DNA of 50,097 nucleotides from an uncultured Flavobacteriaceae bacterium (GTDB taxonomy: Bacteria > Bacteroidota > Bacteroidia > Flavobacteriales > Flavobacteriaceae), in the NCBI GenBank assembly GCA_929200365.1, contig CAKMZM010000002.1, positions 1 through 50,097 on the forward strand. The letters are read 5' to 3'. The translations under genes and the position numbers were made by a program. Positions within the stretch are counted from its first letter, which is position 1. Each line of letters opens with the position of its first letter. Below, piece after piece: positions 37,977 to 47,404 of the stretch. A model generated the notes under the pieces. It made no database searches. It was not told the origin of the DNA and worked only from the letters and a program-made list of their open reading frames with translations.

Positions 37977-38447
37977 ATGGGGTTTTTTAACAAAGTGAAA
38001 AATAAACTAGGTATTGGTGGTGTAAAAGTTACACTAGAAGTACCAGGGCAAGTATCTAAAGAAAGTAAACAAATAGAAGGAAAAGTTATTTTAACCACCA
38101 AAAGCGAACAAGAAATTGTTGAAGTTGAAATCAAATTGATAGAAGAATTTACAACAGGACGAGGAGATGATAAAAGAACAAAAGATTATACTTTAGGATC
38201 TGTTAAGTTTTCTGATACATATGGGATTAAGCCTGAAGAAGTAAAAGAAATCCCTTTTATGTTGCCTTTTGAATTATTAAAATCTAACGCAGATTCACTG
38301 GCAGAAAAAGGAGGAGCCTTAGGAGCAATCGGAAAAATGGGGAAATTTGCATCCAACGAAAAATCAAAATACAAAGTAGAGGCTAATGTAGATGTAAAAG
38401 CAGCCGCTCTTGATCCATCTGATGAAAAGAATATTAGATTAGTATAG
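37977..38447 (+). CDS. Spo0M-like (arrestin-fold) protein
   Basis: MGFFNKVKNKLGIGGVKV, IEGKV, EIPFMLPF, VDVKAAALDPSDE. Confidence 0.7.
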   Translation: MGFFNKVKNKLGIGGVKVTLEVPGQVSKESKQIEGKVILTTKSEQEIVEVEIKLIEEFTTGRGDDKRTKDYTLGSVKFSDTYGIKPEEVKEIPFMLPFELLKSNADSLAEKGGALGAIGKMGKFASNEKSKYKVEANVDVKAAALDPSDEKNIRLV

Positions 38448-38661
38448 TTTGTATTTTGATAAAAGAAATAAAGATCAATACTTATTTTTATTTCGCAAGT
38501 ATATGTAATTAAAAAGATAACCCTACCTATTTATATAGCTAGGATTATTTTTTTGAAGATCAATCACCAAAAACCTACATAAGGAGAGTAATATAATTGT
38601 TTTTTGTTATAATAGAATTACGTATTTTAGTTTGATATTATCGAACAATACTAAAATAAAC

Positions 38662-39165
38662 ATGATAAAAGAAATAGAACAGCTATTAAATGATCAGATA
38701 AAATATGAAGCAAAAGCCTCTGCACAATACCTTTCAATGGCTAGTTGGGCAGATACCAGAGGATATAATGGTATAGCAGATTTTTTTTATATGCAATCAG
38801 AAGAAGAACGAGTGCATATGACTAAATTGGTCAAATTTATTAATGAACGAAGCGGAAATGCTGTTATCCCAGCAACAGAGAAACCTAGAGATGATTTTAA
38901 ATCACTGATGGAGCTTTTTGAAACATTCCTGAAAAGTGAAGAGTTTGTTACAGAAAAAATTAATAATGTTATATATGAGTGTCTAAAGCATAAAGATTAT
39001 AATGTACATAATTTTATGCAATGGTATGTAGCAGAGCAGCTAGAAGAAGAGGCAACAGCACGAACATTATTAGATAAACTTAAAATTATTGGCGACGATA
39101 AGTCTGGTCATTATTTATTTGATAGAGATATCAATACTTTTCAAGCAGCAGAAGAGCCTAAATGA
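38662..39165 (+). CDS. ftnA: Non-heme ferritin
   Basis: LNDQIKYE, YLSMASW, QSEEERVHM, FMQWYVAEQLEEE ferroxidase residues. Confidence 0.92.
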   Translation: MIKEIEQLLNDQIKYEAKASAQYLSMASWADTRGYNGIADFFYMQSEEERVHMTKLVKFINERSGNAVIPATEKPRDDFKSLMELFETFLKSEEFVTEKINNVIYECLKHKDYNVHNFMQWYVAEQLEEEATARTLLDKLKIIGDDKSGHYLFDRDINTFQAAEEPK

Positions 39166-39192
39166 TTGTTAATAAGTTAATAAAGATAAAAT

Positions 39193-39222
39193 AGAGATTC
39201 CTTTTTTTGGAATCTTTTTTTT
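39193..39222 (+). terminator. Ferritin terminator
   Basis: AGAGATTCC-T7-GGAATCTTT + T run. Confidence 0.75.
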
Positions 39223-39223
39223 A

Positions 39224-39258
39224 TATTTTTGTACTTTATTTAGATTCAATAAAAATTA
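39224..39258 (+). promoter_or_regulatory. -7 element followed by putative Fur/iron box
   Basis: TATTTTTG (39224-39231) then TTATTTAGATTCAATAAAAATTA (39236-39258). Confidence 0.6.
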
Positions 39259-39263
39259 TAGTA

Positions 39264-39407
39264 GTGCAAAGTTCAGGTACTCCATCATTATATTCTCCTT
39301 GTCCGGCTGTCAATTGTGAAATAGCCTGTGGAGGGAAAAAGAAAAAATGTTGTAAAAAATATAAAAAGAAAGGAAAATCTAATTGTAAAAGATGCCCTAA
39401 GATTTAG
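39264..39407 (+). CDS. Small Cys/Lys-rich protein with FhuF-type C-C-X10-C-X2-C motif
   Basis: GTG start: VQSSGTPSLYSPCPAVNCEIACGGKKKKCCKKYKKKGKSNCKRCPKI; own promoter and terminator. Confidence 0.7.
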   Translation: MQSSGTPSLYSPCPAVNCEIACGGKKKKCCKKYKKKGKSNCKRCPKI

Positions 39408-39451
39408 TTTATAGGGTTTTATAATATATTTTGAATGTTAATCCATTCTCG

Positions 39452-39488
39452 AAAAACGGAAATACCTACAGGTGTTTCCGTTTTTTTT
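39452..39488 (+). terminator. Terminator after the Cys-rich small gene
   Basis: AAAAACGGAAATACCT-ac-AGGTGTTTCCGTTTTT + T run. Confidence 0.8.
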
Positions 39489-39706
39489 ATAAAAAAAATG
39501 ATTATTCAATGTAGGGTGTTTTTCTATATAACTGTATTATAAGTAGAAGTCGAATTAAAGGTTGTAGTAAATAAGAGTAAGCATATAGCCTTGTTCGGTA
39601 TAAAAATTGTTCTTTTAATAATTATTTAGACTTAGTACGTATTATGACCTTCAAACGAATTTTAAGTACTAATTAACAAATAAATAGTTACTATAAAGGT
39701 AGATTT

Positions 39707-40153
39707 ATGGATATGAAAAAGATTATTTTAGCTGTATTTCTGGTATTTTCAGGAATTAATTGGGTAAGTGCTCAGGAGTGGCTAACCAATTTTGAAGAAG
39801 CAAAAAGAATCGCACAGGAAAATGATAAAAATATAATTTTAGTGTTTGCTGGTTCAGATTGGTGTGCACCCTGTATTAAATTAGAGAAACAGATTTTACA
39901 TACAGAGGAATTTCAGGGATATGCCAAGCAACATTATGTATTATTAAAAGCAGATTTTCCACGTAAGAAAAAAAACCAATTACCCGAAGCTTTACAGCAT
40001 CAGAATAATGCATTGGCAGAGAAATATAATAAAAGCGGAGGTTTTCCATTAGTTGTTGTTTTAGATAAAAATGGTAAAAAAATGGGAGCGATTGGTTATA
40101 AAAAAGTAACACCAAATACATACTTAGAAATGCTAAGTACAATGATTAAATAA
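39707..40153 (+). CDS. Periplasmic thioredoxin-like protein
   Basis: Signal peptide, FAGSDWCAPC, LKADFPR, GFPLVVVLD. Confidence 0.9.
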   Translation: MDMKKIILAVFLVFSGINWVSAQEWLTNFEEAKRIAQENDKNIILVFAGSDWCAPCIKLEKQILHTEEFQGYAKQHYVLLKADFPRKKKNQLPEALQHQNNALAEKYNKSGGFPLVVVLDKNGKKMGAIGYKKVTPNTYLEMLSTMIK

Positions 40154-40157
40154 TATT

Positions 40158-41141
40158 TTGAGATTTTTCTTTACCCTTTTATTCCTTGCTACGATAAGTA
40201 GTAGTTTTTCACAACAAATATATAAGCGTACCCTAAAATTGATGGGAAGTCGTTTTGATATTACTGTTGTCGATAAAGATAAAACAACAGCTAATCAATA
40301 CATAGATATTGCCGTCGAAGAAATTCAGAGAATCGAAAAATTGATTTCTTCGTGGGATAAAAACTCTCAAACTTCTTTAATTAATAACAATGCAGGGATT
40401 AATCCAGTGAAAGTTGATGCAGAACTCTTCGACCTAATATTTAGAGCTATTCAGATTTCTAAATTAACAGATGGCGCATTTGATATTAGTTATGCATCTA
40501 TGGATCGAATTTGGAAATTTGATAATAGAATGAAAGAAATGCCCTCTGAGGAAGAAATTAAAGCATCAGTAGCGAGAGTAGGGTACAAGTATATTGTTTT
40601 AGATAAAAAGAAATCTACAGTATTTCTAACCCAAAAGGGGATGAAGATAGGGTTTGGAGCTATTGGTAAAGGATATGCAGCAGATAAAGCCAAAAACCTC
40701 TTAATAAGTAAAGGAGTAAAAGCTGGAATCATAAATGCTTCTGGAGATATGAATACCTGGGGAAAACAACCCGATGGGAGTGAGTGGAAAGTTGCAATTA
40801 CCAATCCTTTGAATAAAAATAATGCATTTGCGCTATTACCAGTAGTAGAAAAAGCAGTAGTGACTTCTGGTAATTATGAAAAATACGTAATTTTAGATGG
40901 TAAACGGTATTCTCATATCATTGATCCCAGAACAGGATATCCATCTACTGGTGTTGTAAGCGCTACAGTTTTTGCTCCAAAAGCTGAGTTGGCAGATGCA
41001 TTGGCAACTTCTGTTTTTGTGATGGGAATTGAAACGGGATTAAATAGAATCAATCAATTAAAAGGGATTGAATGTATTATAATTGATGATCAGGGAAATA
41101 TTCATACCTCTGATCATATTAAGATAAATAATAATAAATAA
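40158..41141 (+). CDS. apbE: FAD:protein FMN transferase ApbE
   Basis: LMGSRF, TDGAFDIS, GAIGKGYAAD, VTSGNYE, HIIDPRTGYP, ADALATSVFVMG. Confidence 0.95.
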   Translation: MRFFFTLLFLATISSSFSQQIYKRTLKLMGSRFDITVVDKDKTTANQYIDIAVEEIQRIEKLISSWDKNSQTSLINNNAGINPVKVDAELFDLIFRAIQISKLTDGAFDISYASMDRIWKFDNRMKEMPSEEEIKASVARVGYKYIVLDKKKSTVFLTQKGMKIGFGAIGKGYAADKAKNLLISKGVKAGIINASGDMNTWGKQPDGSEWKVAITNPLNKNNAFALLPVVEKAVVTSGNYEKYVILDGKRYSHIIDPRTGYPSTGVVSATVFAPKAELADALATSVFVMGIETGLNRINQLKGIECIIIDDQGNIHTSDHIKINNNK

Positions 41142-41166
41142 CAATAATTCTTATAAAACCTACTTT

Positions 41167-41379
41167 ATGAATAAGTTGATACCAATACTTTTAGTACTAG
41201 TACTTTCTCTTAACTCATGTGTAGCTGTAAAAGAATACGAAAAAGTACAAATCAATGATCCTGATATGGAATTAGCGCTCAAAAAAATTGATCGTTTTGA
41301 GACTAATTTTCAAGTATATAGAGAATCTGCTGCTGGAGCAAATGGAGGAAAAACAGGTGGAGGATGTGGTTGTAATTAA
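41167..41379 (+). CDS. DUF4266 lipoprotein
   Basis: Lipobox LNSC, VKEYEK..INDPDM, terminal GGGCGCN. Confidence 0.9.
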   Translation: MNKLIPILLVLVLSLNSCVAVKEYEKVQINDPDMELALKKIDRFETNFQVYRESAAGANGGKTGGGCGCN

Positions 41380-41447
41380 GAGGTAATACCCCTCTTAAGC
41401 AAAGAATTTAAAAAACATACTAAAAACTTTTATAAAGTAAAAATCTT

Positions 41448-42695
41448 TTGAGAAAAACTCCCTTAATAATAGCATTATTATCTATAGCGATTGTAAGCGC
41501 ACAGGAGCAGCAACAGGATGATACAACAACCTACAAAAAAAGAGTATTAGAATCTGCCGAAGTAGATTTTTTGATGAGTTATTATACTCAGGATGGTGAT
41601 AATGCTTCGGTTACAGGTGGTGTAGGTACAGAAGAGCTCACAGATATTACACCTACAATAGTAGTTTCTATCCCATTAAATGACGATGATGTATTAACTA
41701 TAGACGCAGGAATATCTGCATATTCATCGGCTTCTTCTAGTAATGTTAACCCTTTTGATGGTAATGGTGCGGCAAACCCTTTTGTAGCTTCTTCAGGAGC
41801 ATCAAAAAAGGATGTGTTAACAACAATATCAGGAAATTATAGTCATAGTAGTGATGATCGAAATAATGTATGGTCAGCCAATGTTGCGGTTGCAACCGAG
41901 TATGATTATTTTTCTATAGGCTTTGGTGGTAGTTATTCAAGAATTTTTAATGAAAAAAATACAGAATTAAGTGTAAAAGCCAATGTATTTCTAGATACAT
42001 GGAAAGCAATATATCCCTCAGAATTAAGGGATCAACCTACATTTACGAAGTTTGATGATGAATCTCGTAATTCGTATTCTGTAGGATTAGGATTTTCACA
42101 AATTTTGTCTAAAAGGTTACAAGGATCTCTTTCATTAGATTTTATTCAGCAGGAAGGTCTTTTGTCAACACCGTTTCAACGCGTACAATTTGCCGATGTG
42201 GTCGATGTAATTATTGAAGAATTTACATATGGTGATGATGTAGAAAGATTGCCAGATTCTAGGTTTAAAATAGCTGCAGGCGGAAGATTACATTATTATA
42301 TTAATGAAATTTTTGTACTGCGAACATTTTATAGATATTATATAGACGATTGGGGCATTAATTCACATACCGCAAGTATAGAAATACCCATTAAAATCAC
42401 AGATAAATTTACACTGTATCCTTCATATCGTTTTTATACACAAACAAAAGCAGATTATTTTGCACCATTTAATCAACACCTGTCTACGCAGCAATTCTAT
42501 ACTTCGGATTATGACTTGTCTGATTTTGATGCGAATCAATATGGTTTTGGTATTAGTTATACCGATATTTTTACAAAATTCCATATCTGGAAACTTGGTT
42601 TAAAAAGTATCGATTTTCGATTTAGACAATATGAACGTAACTCTGGACTTAGCTCTAGTTTATTTTCAGGAGGATTTAGTTTTATAATGGATTAA
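41448..42695 (+). CDS. DUF3570 outer-membrane beta-barrel protein
   Basis: SYYTQDG, SAYSSASS, EYDYFS, ERLPDSR, YRYYIDDWGINSHT, YTSDYDLS; TTG start. Confidence 0.88.
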   Translation: MRKTPLIIALLSIAIVSAQEQQQDDTTTYKKRVLESAEVDFLMSYYTQDGDNASVTGGVGTEELTDITPTIVVSIPLNDDDVLTIDAGISAYSSASSSNVNPFDGNGAANPFVASSGASKKDVLTTISGNYSHSSDDRNNVWSANVAVATEYDYFSIGFGGSYSRIFNEKNTELSVKANVFLDTWKAIYPSELRDQPTFTKFDDESRNSYSVGLGFSQILSKRLQGSLSLDFIQQEGLLSTPFQRVQFADVVDVIIEEFTYGDDVERLPDSRFKIAAGGRLHYYINEIFVLRTFYRYYIDDWGINSHTASIEIPIKITDKFTLYPSYRFYTQTKADYFAPFNQHLSTQQFYTSDYDLSDFDANQYGFGISYTDIFTKFHIWKLGLKSIDFRFRQYERNSGLSSSLFSGGFSFIMD

Positions 42696-42829
42696 ATCAG
42701 TTGATTACCATATAATTTTTCTAACCATATACTACTATTATCTTTATTCTGTATTGAAATAAGCAAGTTCTGGGTTTTAAAAATACCTTGGGTTAAATAC
42801 TTTTATACCGTTTTTAAAATTGAAGTATT

Positions 42830-43675
42830 ATGAAGATAAGTGAGCAAAATCAGTTTCATTACGATCGTATTGCAGAGGCGATAACGTATATTAAACAAAA
42901 TTTTAAAGATCAACCTAACCTGGATGAGATTTCCGAAGAGGTACACATTAGTCCTTTTCATTTTCAAAGACTCTTTACAGATTGGGTAGGGGTGAGTCCT
43001 AAAAAGTTTTTGCAGTACACTAGTTTAGAGTATGCAAAAAATATTTTAAAAGATCAGCAAACTACTTTGTTTGATGCAGCATACGAGACCGGACTTTCTG
43101 GAACAGGAAGATTACATGATCTTTTTATAAAAATAGAAGGAATGACTCCTGGAGAATACAAAAATGGAGGTCAAAACCTAGATATCAATTATAGTTATGC
43201 CGAAAGTCCGTTTGGTAAAATGCTGGTAGCTTCAACCTCAAAAGGTATTTGCCATATGACATTTACAGATGATGACAATGCATTTACAATATTACAACAA
43301 CGTTTTCCGAAAGCAAAGTTTACTCAAATTGTAGATAGATTTCAACAAAATGCGCTATTTATCTTTACTAAAGATTGGAGAAAATTAAGTCAAATAAAAC
43401 TACACCTTAAAGGAACAGATTTTCAGTTAAAAGTTTGGGAAACATTACTCAAAATCCCAAAGGGAGGATTAACAACATATGGAACCATCGCCAATCATAT
43501 TCATAAGCCTAAAGCATCCAGAGCCGTAGGAACCGCAATCGGTAGTAATCCTGTTGCGTTTTTAATTCCTTGTCATCGAGTAATCCGATCCACAGGTGAT
43601 TTAGGACAATATCATTGGGGCAGTACACGCAAGACTGCTATAATCGGCTGGGAAGCTGCAAAAACTAATTCATAA
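42830..43675 (+). CDS. Bifunctional AraC-HTH / O6-methylguanine-DNA methyltransferase (Ada/Ogt-like)
   Basis: SPFHFQRLF..GVSPKKF, GTDFQLKVW, SRAVGTA, IPCHRV active site. Confidence 0.92.
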   Translation: MKISEQNQFHYDRIAEAITYIKQNFKDQPNLDEISEEVHISPFHFQRLFTDWVGVSPKKFLQYTSLEYAKNILKDQQTTLFDAAYETGLSGTGRLHDLFIKIEGMTPGEYKNGGQNLDINYSYAESPFGKMLVASTSKGICHMTFTDDDNAFTILQQRFPKAKFTQIVDRFQQNALFIFTKDWRKLSQIKLHLKGTDFQLKVWETLLKIPKGGLTTYGTIANHIHKPKASRAVGTAIGSNPVAFLIPCHRVIRSTGDLGQYHWGSTRKTAIIGWEAAKTNS

Positions 43676-43800
43676 CTAATCTAAGAAAAGATATCAAGGT
43701 ATTGATTAGTCATAGTCGTCAGGTTATATTTTCATTCAGAAAAGAGAGAATAATCATCAATTTTCACCAGAAATGCTGAAGTTGGTTGTTTTATATGTAA

Positions 43801-43898
43801 ACCTAACGGTCATGTACTATGATGTAAAATAGAAAAAGGGAACACTATTCTTACTGTGTTTCCTTTTAGTTATTTACGCTAATAGATAAGTTATGGGC
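43801..43898 (-). other. attC-like imperfect hairpin
   Basis: Minus strand TAA-AAC-GCCCATAAC ... GTTAGGT (GTTRRRY); inner arms AAAAGGGAACAC / GTGTTTCCTTTT and TGTAAAATA / TATTTACG. Confidence 0.5.
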
Positions 43899-44223
43899 GT
43901 TTTATAATAAAACGTTGATAAGATATAATACCCCTACCTCTCTTCGTACTTAATTTTTTGTGGTATTTTAAATCACTTCAATTTAAAAAAGAGAGAAATG
44001 TGAGCACTATCCAAATTTAAAATAATGAAGGATAGTTTAACGATACCTCATTACGAATAAAACCCTGAATGATAATAAAATTAGGGCGAGAGTTTTTTAT
44101 AAACTACACTGTTTTTGAATGAGGTATATGATGTCTATAGTATATGAAGAAAGGATTTAATGGTCTGGTATTAGGTATAAAATCAAAAAAACGTTAAATT
44201 TAGCCTCTTTAAACCCCCCAACT

Positions 44224-44619
44224 ATGCAATCTAAATTAATTTTTATCATAGTGAGTATAGCTATGATAACATTAAGTAGCTTTAAAAGCAGTCCTGAATA
44301 TCAGGAAGTAATTACCAAAAATCAAAACACTAAAACATCTCAGAATCCCCCAAAAAAACTAATAGGAAAATGGGTAATGGATGGTGATTTAGATACATAT
44401 ATTAATTTAAGGTCAGATGGGAGTGTCATAGAAAAATCCTTAGGAGCACCTCTTAAAAGATACTGGCGATTAAAAGACAGTAAACTTTGCTTGAAAGGGA
44501 CTTCGGCAAAAAGTAGTGCAGAAATATGTCTAGAATATGAATTAAGAGATGATATATTAGATATATTAGTTATTACAATGAATGAAATGGAACTTCATTA
44601 TATCAGGAATAAAGAATAG
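44224..44619 (+). CDS. Secreted lipocalin-like hypothetical protein
   Basis: Signal peptide, LIGKW motif. Confidence 0.7.
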   Translation: MQSKLIFIIVSIAMITLSSFKSSPEYQEVITKNQNTKTSQNPPKKLIGKWVMDGDLDTYINLRSDGSVIEKSLGAPLKRYWRLKDSKLCLKGTSAKSSAEICLEYELRDDILDILVITMNEMELHYIRNKE

Positions 44620-45207
44620 TGATATAGTAATGATATAAAACTTGTTGATAGGATAGATATGAGAATTTTATCATTTCTTAAGGTAGAAATAGCATTAAAA
44701 AGCATCACAATTATAGATTATCAAAAACATTAAATATGCTTATCCCTATGTTTCCCCTATTTGATTATTAACCCTTAGTATAGTTTGATTTTTCTTCAAG
44801 CAGCAAAAAGATATGCCAATTAAGCAACGTTAATAATAACAAAGGGTTCAGACAGTGATAAAAAGCTTTTGGGGAACTTAACGGACAAGCATAATATTAA
44901 ATATCACAACTCCCTACTTTTGTATTTGTAATTTTTACTGTTATATATATTGACCACAAGGCTAATCAGTTTTTAAAACAGAATCTGGTACTGCATACCA
45001 AATATCAGACTTAAAAGAAATCCTAAAGGTTATTACGATTACCTTAGGAGTAGACCTGATAAGAAAATGGAGAAAACAATCGTTTTTATAGCAAATTGAA
45101 AAAAGTTAAAACCATTTCATACTACTTTTTGGTATCAGAAAATATTTTCATCAAAAAAAATAAACTGTTACTAGTCCAAATATTGAAAGCATGATCGTTA
45201 TAATATA

Positions 45208-45367
45208 GAACTCATCTGAACTTTTTGTTTTTAAGCAAAAAATTTAAGCCTTTTTGCACTAGTGAAGTCTTTTTTTAGTAGCATAGCCATAGTTATGTTA
45301 CGAAAAAAATCAAAACTAGGGTAAATAAGGAAAATTTGCAGAAAAAAGTAAAAGTTAAAATAAGTTC
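45208..45367. mobile_element. 160-bp MITE, full-length
   Basis: Imperfect TIRs GAACTCATCTGAACTTTT / AAAAGTTAAAATAAGTTC; central GTAGCATAGC-cata-GTTATGTTAC hairpin; second copy at 10370. Confidence 0.7.
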
Positions 45368-45406
45368 ACTATAAAAAATAAAACAATTACAAAACAAAAC
45401 AAACAG

Positions 45407-45751
45407 ATGAAAGAATTTATGTTTATTATTAGAGGAGGAGAAGAAAAGTATAGTAATAACTCTCCTGAAGAAATGCAACAACATATGCAGCATTGGCAAC
45501 AATGGATGGGTGGTTTAGCAAAATCAGAACAACTTATTGGTGGCCAACCCTTAATGAGTGAAGCTAAAACACTTACTGAAGGAGGCAAAAAAATAACAGA
45601 TCGCCCATTAGCAGAAGGAAAAGAACTAGTTGGAGGATACTTGCTAATCAAAGCAGATTCTCTGGATCATGCTGCCCAAATAGCTAAAGATTGTCCAAGC
45701 TTTGAGTATGGATGTAGTGTCGAAGTACGAGAAATAAGCCCAATGGAATAA
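45407..45751 (+). CDS. YciI/DGPF-family protein
   Basis: MKEFMFIIRG, TDRPLAEGKELVGGY, VEVRE. Confidence 0.88.
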   Translation: MKEFMFIIRGGEEKYSNNSPEEMQQHMQHWQQWMGGLAKSEQLIGGQPLMSEAKTLTEGGKKITDRPLAEGKELVGGYLLIKADSLDHAAQIAKDCPSFEYGCSVEVREISPME

Positions 45752-45756
45752 CTTTT

Positions 45757-47034
45757 TTGGAAAATAGAGATCACATAGATTATACATTAAACCATCTTTT
45801 TAGACAAGAATCTGGAAAGATGGTTGCTGTTTTGATTAAAATATTCGGTACCGAAAATATAGAATTAGCAGAAGATGTAGTACAGGATGCTCTGGTTAAA
45901 GCTCTAGAAACTTGGAAATATAGAGGAATGCCAGATAATCCAAGAGCATGGTTATATCGCACAGCCAAAAATAAAGCTATAGATATTATCAGGCGCAATA
46001 AGCATAGTAGTAGTATTGATTTTTCTGATCCCGAAAAACAACTACTAACTTCTGGATATACGCTAACTTCTACAATGGATACCTACTGGCAGGAGCAACA
46101 TATAAAAGATGATTTTCTGGGAATGATGTATGCATGCTGTCACCCCGATATCTCACAAGAAAATCAAATTACATTTATCCTAAAAACATTATGTGGATTT
46201 AGTACCAAAGAAGTTGCAAGATCCTTTCTTACCAGTGATGATGCTATTTCTAAGAGATTGTATAGAACCAAAGAATATTTCAGAAAACATAAGATACGTC
46301 CTGTAATTCCTACTATTAATGAAATTAATCTTAGAACCAAAACGGTACTTAGTGCAATCTATCTCATGTTTAATGAAGGATATAATTCTACTCATGCCGA
46401 TCAATTAATTCGCAAAGATCTGATTAGTCAAGCAATGTTTTTATGCCAGTCTCTTTTATCTGAGAAACGTACACAATTACCCGAGGTTTACGCTTTGATG
46501 GGGTTAATGTGTTTTCATGCCTCTAGAATTAATAGTAGATTAACAGAAGAAGGGAGACTTATTTTGCTTTCTAAACAGGATCGTACAACATGGGATGCAA
46601 CACTAATACAATCTGGAGAACAGTATTTAAATAAAGCTGCTTTTGGAAACGAGCTCTCAACATATCACCTAGAAGCCGCTATCGCATATCAACATTGTTG
46701 CGCAAAGCAATATGCAGATACAAACTGGAAAATAATATTAGAGTATTATGAACTCTTATTAAAGATTGCTAATGACCCTATTGTCTTTTTAAATCGATGT
46801 CTGGTTATTCTAGAACTTAAAGGCTCAAAAGAAGCAATAGCAGCACTCGAAAATGTAAAGAATGACAAGTTACTGGGGAATTATTATCTATACCATGCAA
46901 TTTTAGGCGAAATCTACCAACGATTAGAAGATAATAACGCAGCTATGATATACTACCAAAAAGCGATACAACTCACCCAGTCCAAACAAGAAAGACAGTT
47001 TCTAAAAGATAAAATTGCCCGTATATCGAATTGA
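45757..47034 (+). CDS. ECF sigma factor with C-terminal TPR extension (ECF42-like)
   Basis: LAEDVVQDA, PDNPRAWL, CCHP, IYLMFNEGY, QDRTTWD, YHLEAAIA; follows a YciI gene. Confidence 0.9.
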   Translation: MENRDHIDYTLNHLFRQESGKMVAVLIKIFGTENIELAEDVVQDALVKALETWKYRGMPDNPRAWLYRTAKNKAIDIIRRNKHSSSIDFSDPEKQLLTSGYTLTSTMDTYWQEQHIKDDFLGMMYACCHPDISQENQITFILKTLCGFSTKEVARSFLTSDDAISKRLYRTKEYFRKHKIRPVIPTINEINLRTKTVLSAIYLMFNEGYNSTHADQLIRKDLISQAMFLCQSLLSEKRTQLPEVYALMGLMCFHASRINSRLTEEGRLILLSKQDRTTWDATLIQSGEQYLNKAAFGNELSTYHLEAAIAYQHCCAKQYADTNWKIILEYYELLLKIANDPIVFLNRCLVILELKGSKEAIAALENVKNDKLLGNYYLYHAILGEIYQRLEDNNAAMIYYQKAIQLTQSKQERQFLKDKIARISN

Positions 47035-47404
47035 AAATTGGTTATGATAACGAAGTTTCAGAAAATCTTTTTACCTTTTCAGAATAAAATGCCTTTTTAT
47101 TCTGTAACTCCATGCGAATTAAATAATATTTTTCACGGGAAACAGTGTTCTATAAATTGATGGTATTATTGATATTTGTTTATTATTCAAACTTTGGCGC
47201 ATACTATACATTTAGTTTTGAAAAACTAAACAGAATAAAAATAAATTTAAAAAAGAAACAGGTTTTAATTTATATAGTGAGTAGTATCTGTTCTTAGAAG
47301 TGATGATATAATGTTAAATGTAACTTTGTTATATTTTGTAGTATCTTAATTTATGAGAGCTTTGAGGAATACTTAGTATTAGGTAAATATAATAATATTG
47401 TAAT

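Noticed and set aside
39207-39263. Upstream TTG extension of the Cys-rich ORF
   Set aside because: Overlaps the ferritin terminator, the -7 element and the putative iron box
44043-44127. 10-bp inverted repeat ATACCTCATT / AATGAGGTAT, 65 bp apart
   Set aside because: Could be regulator half-sites but is compatible with chance in AT-rich DNA
44700-45100. Possible decayed gene in the long intergenic region
   Set aside because: All frames inspected are broken and no family motif is recognisable
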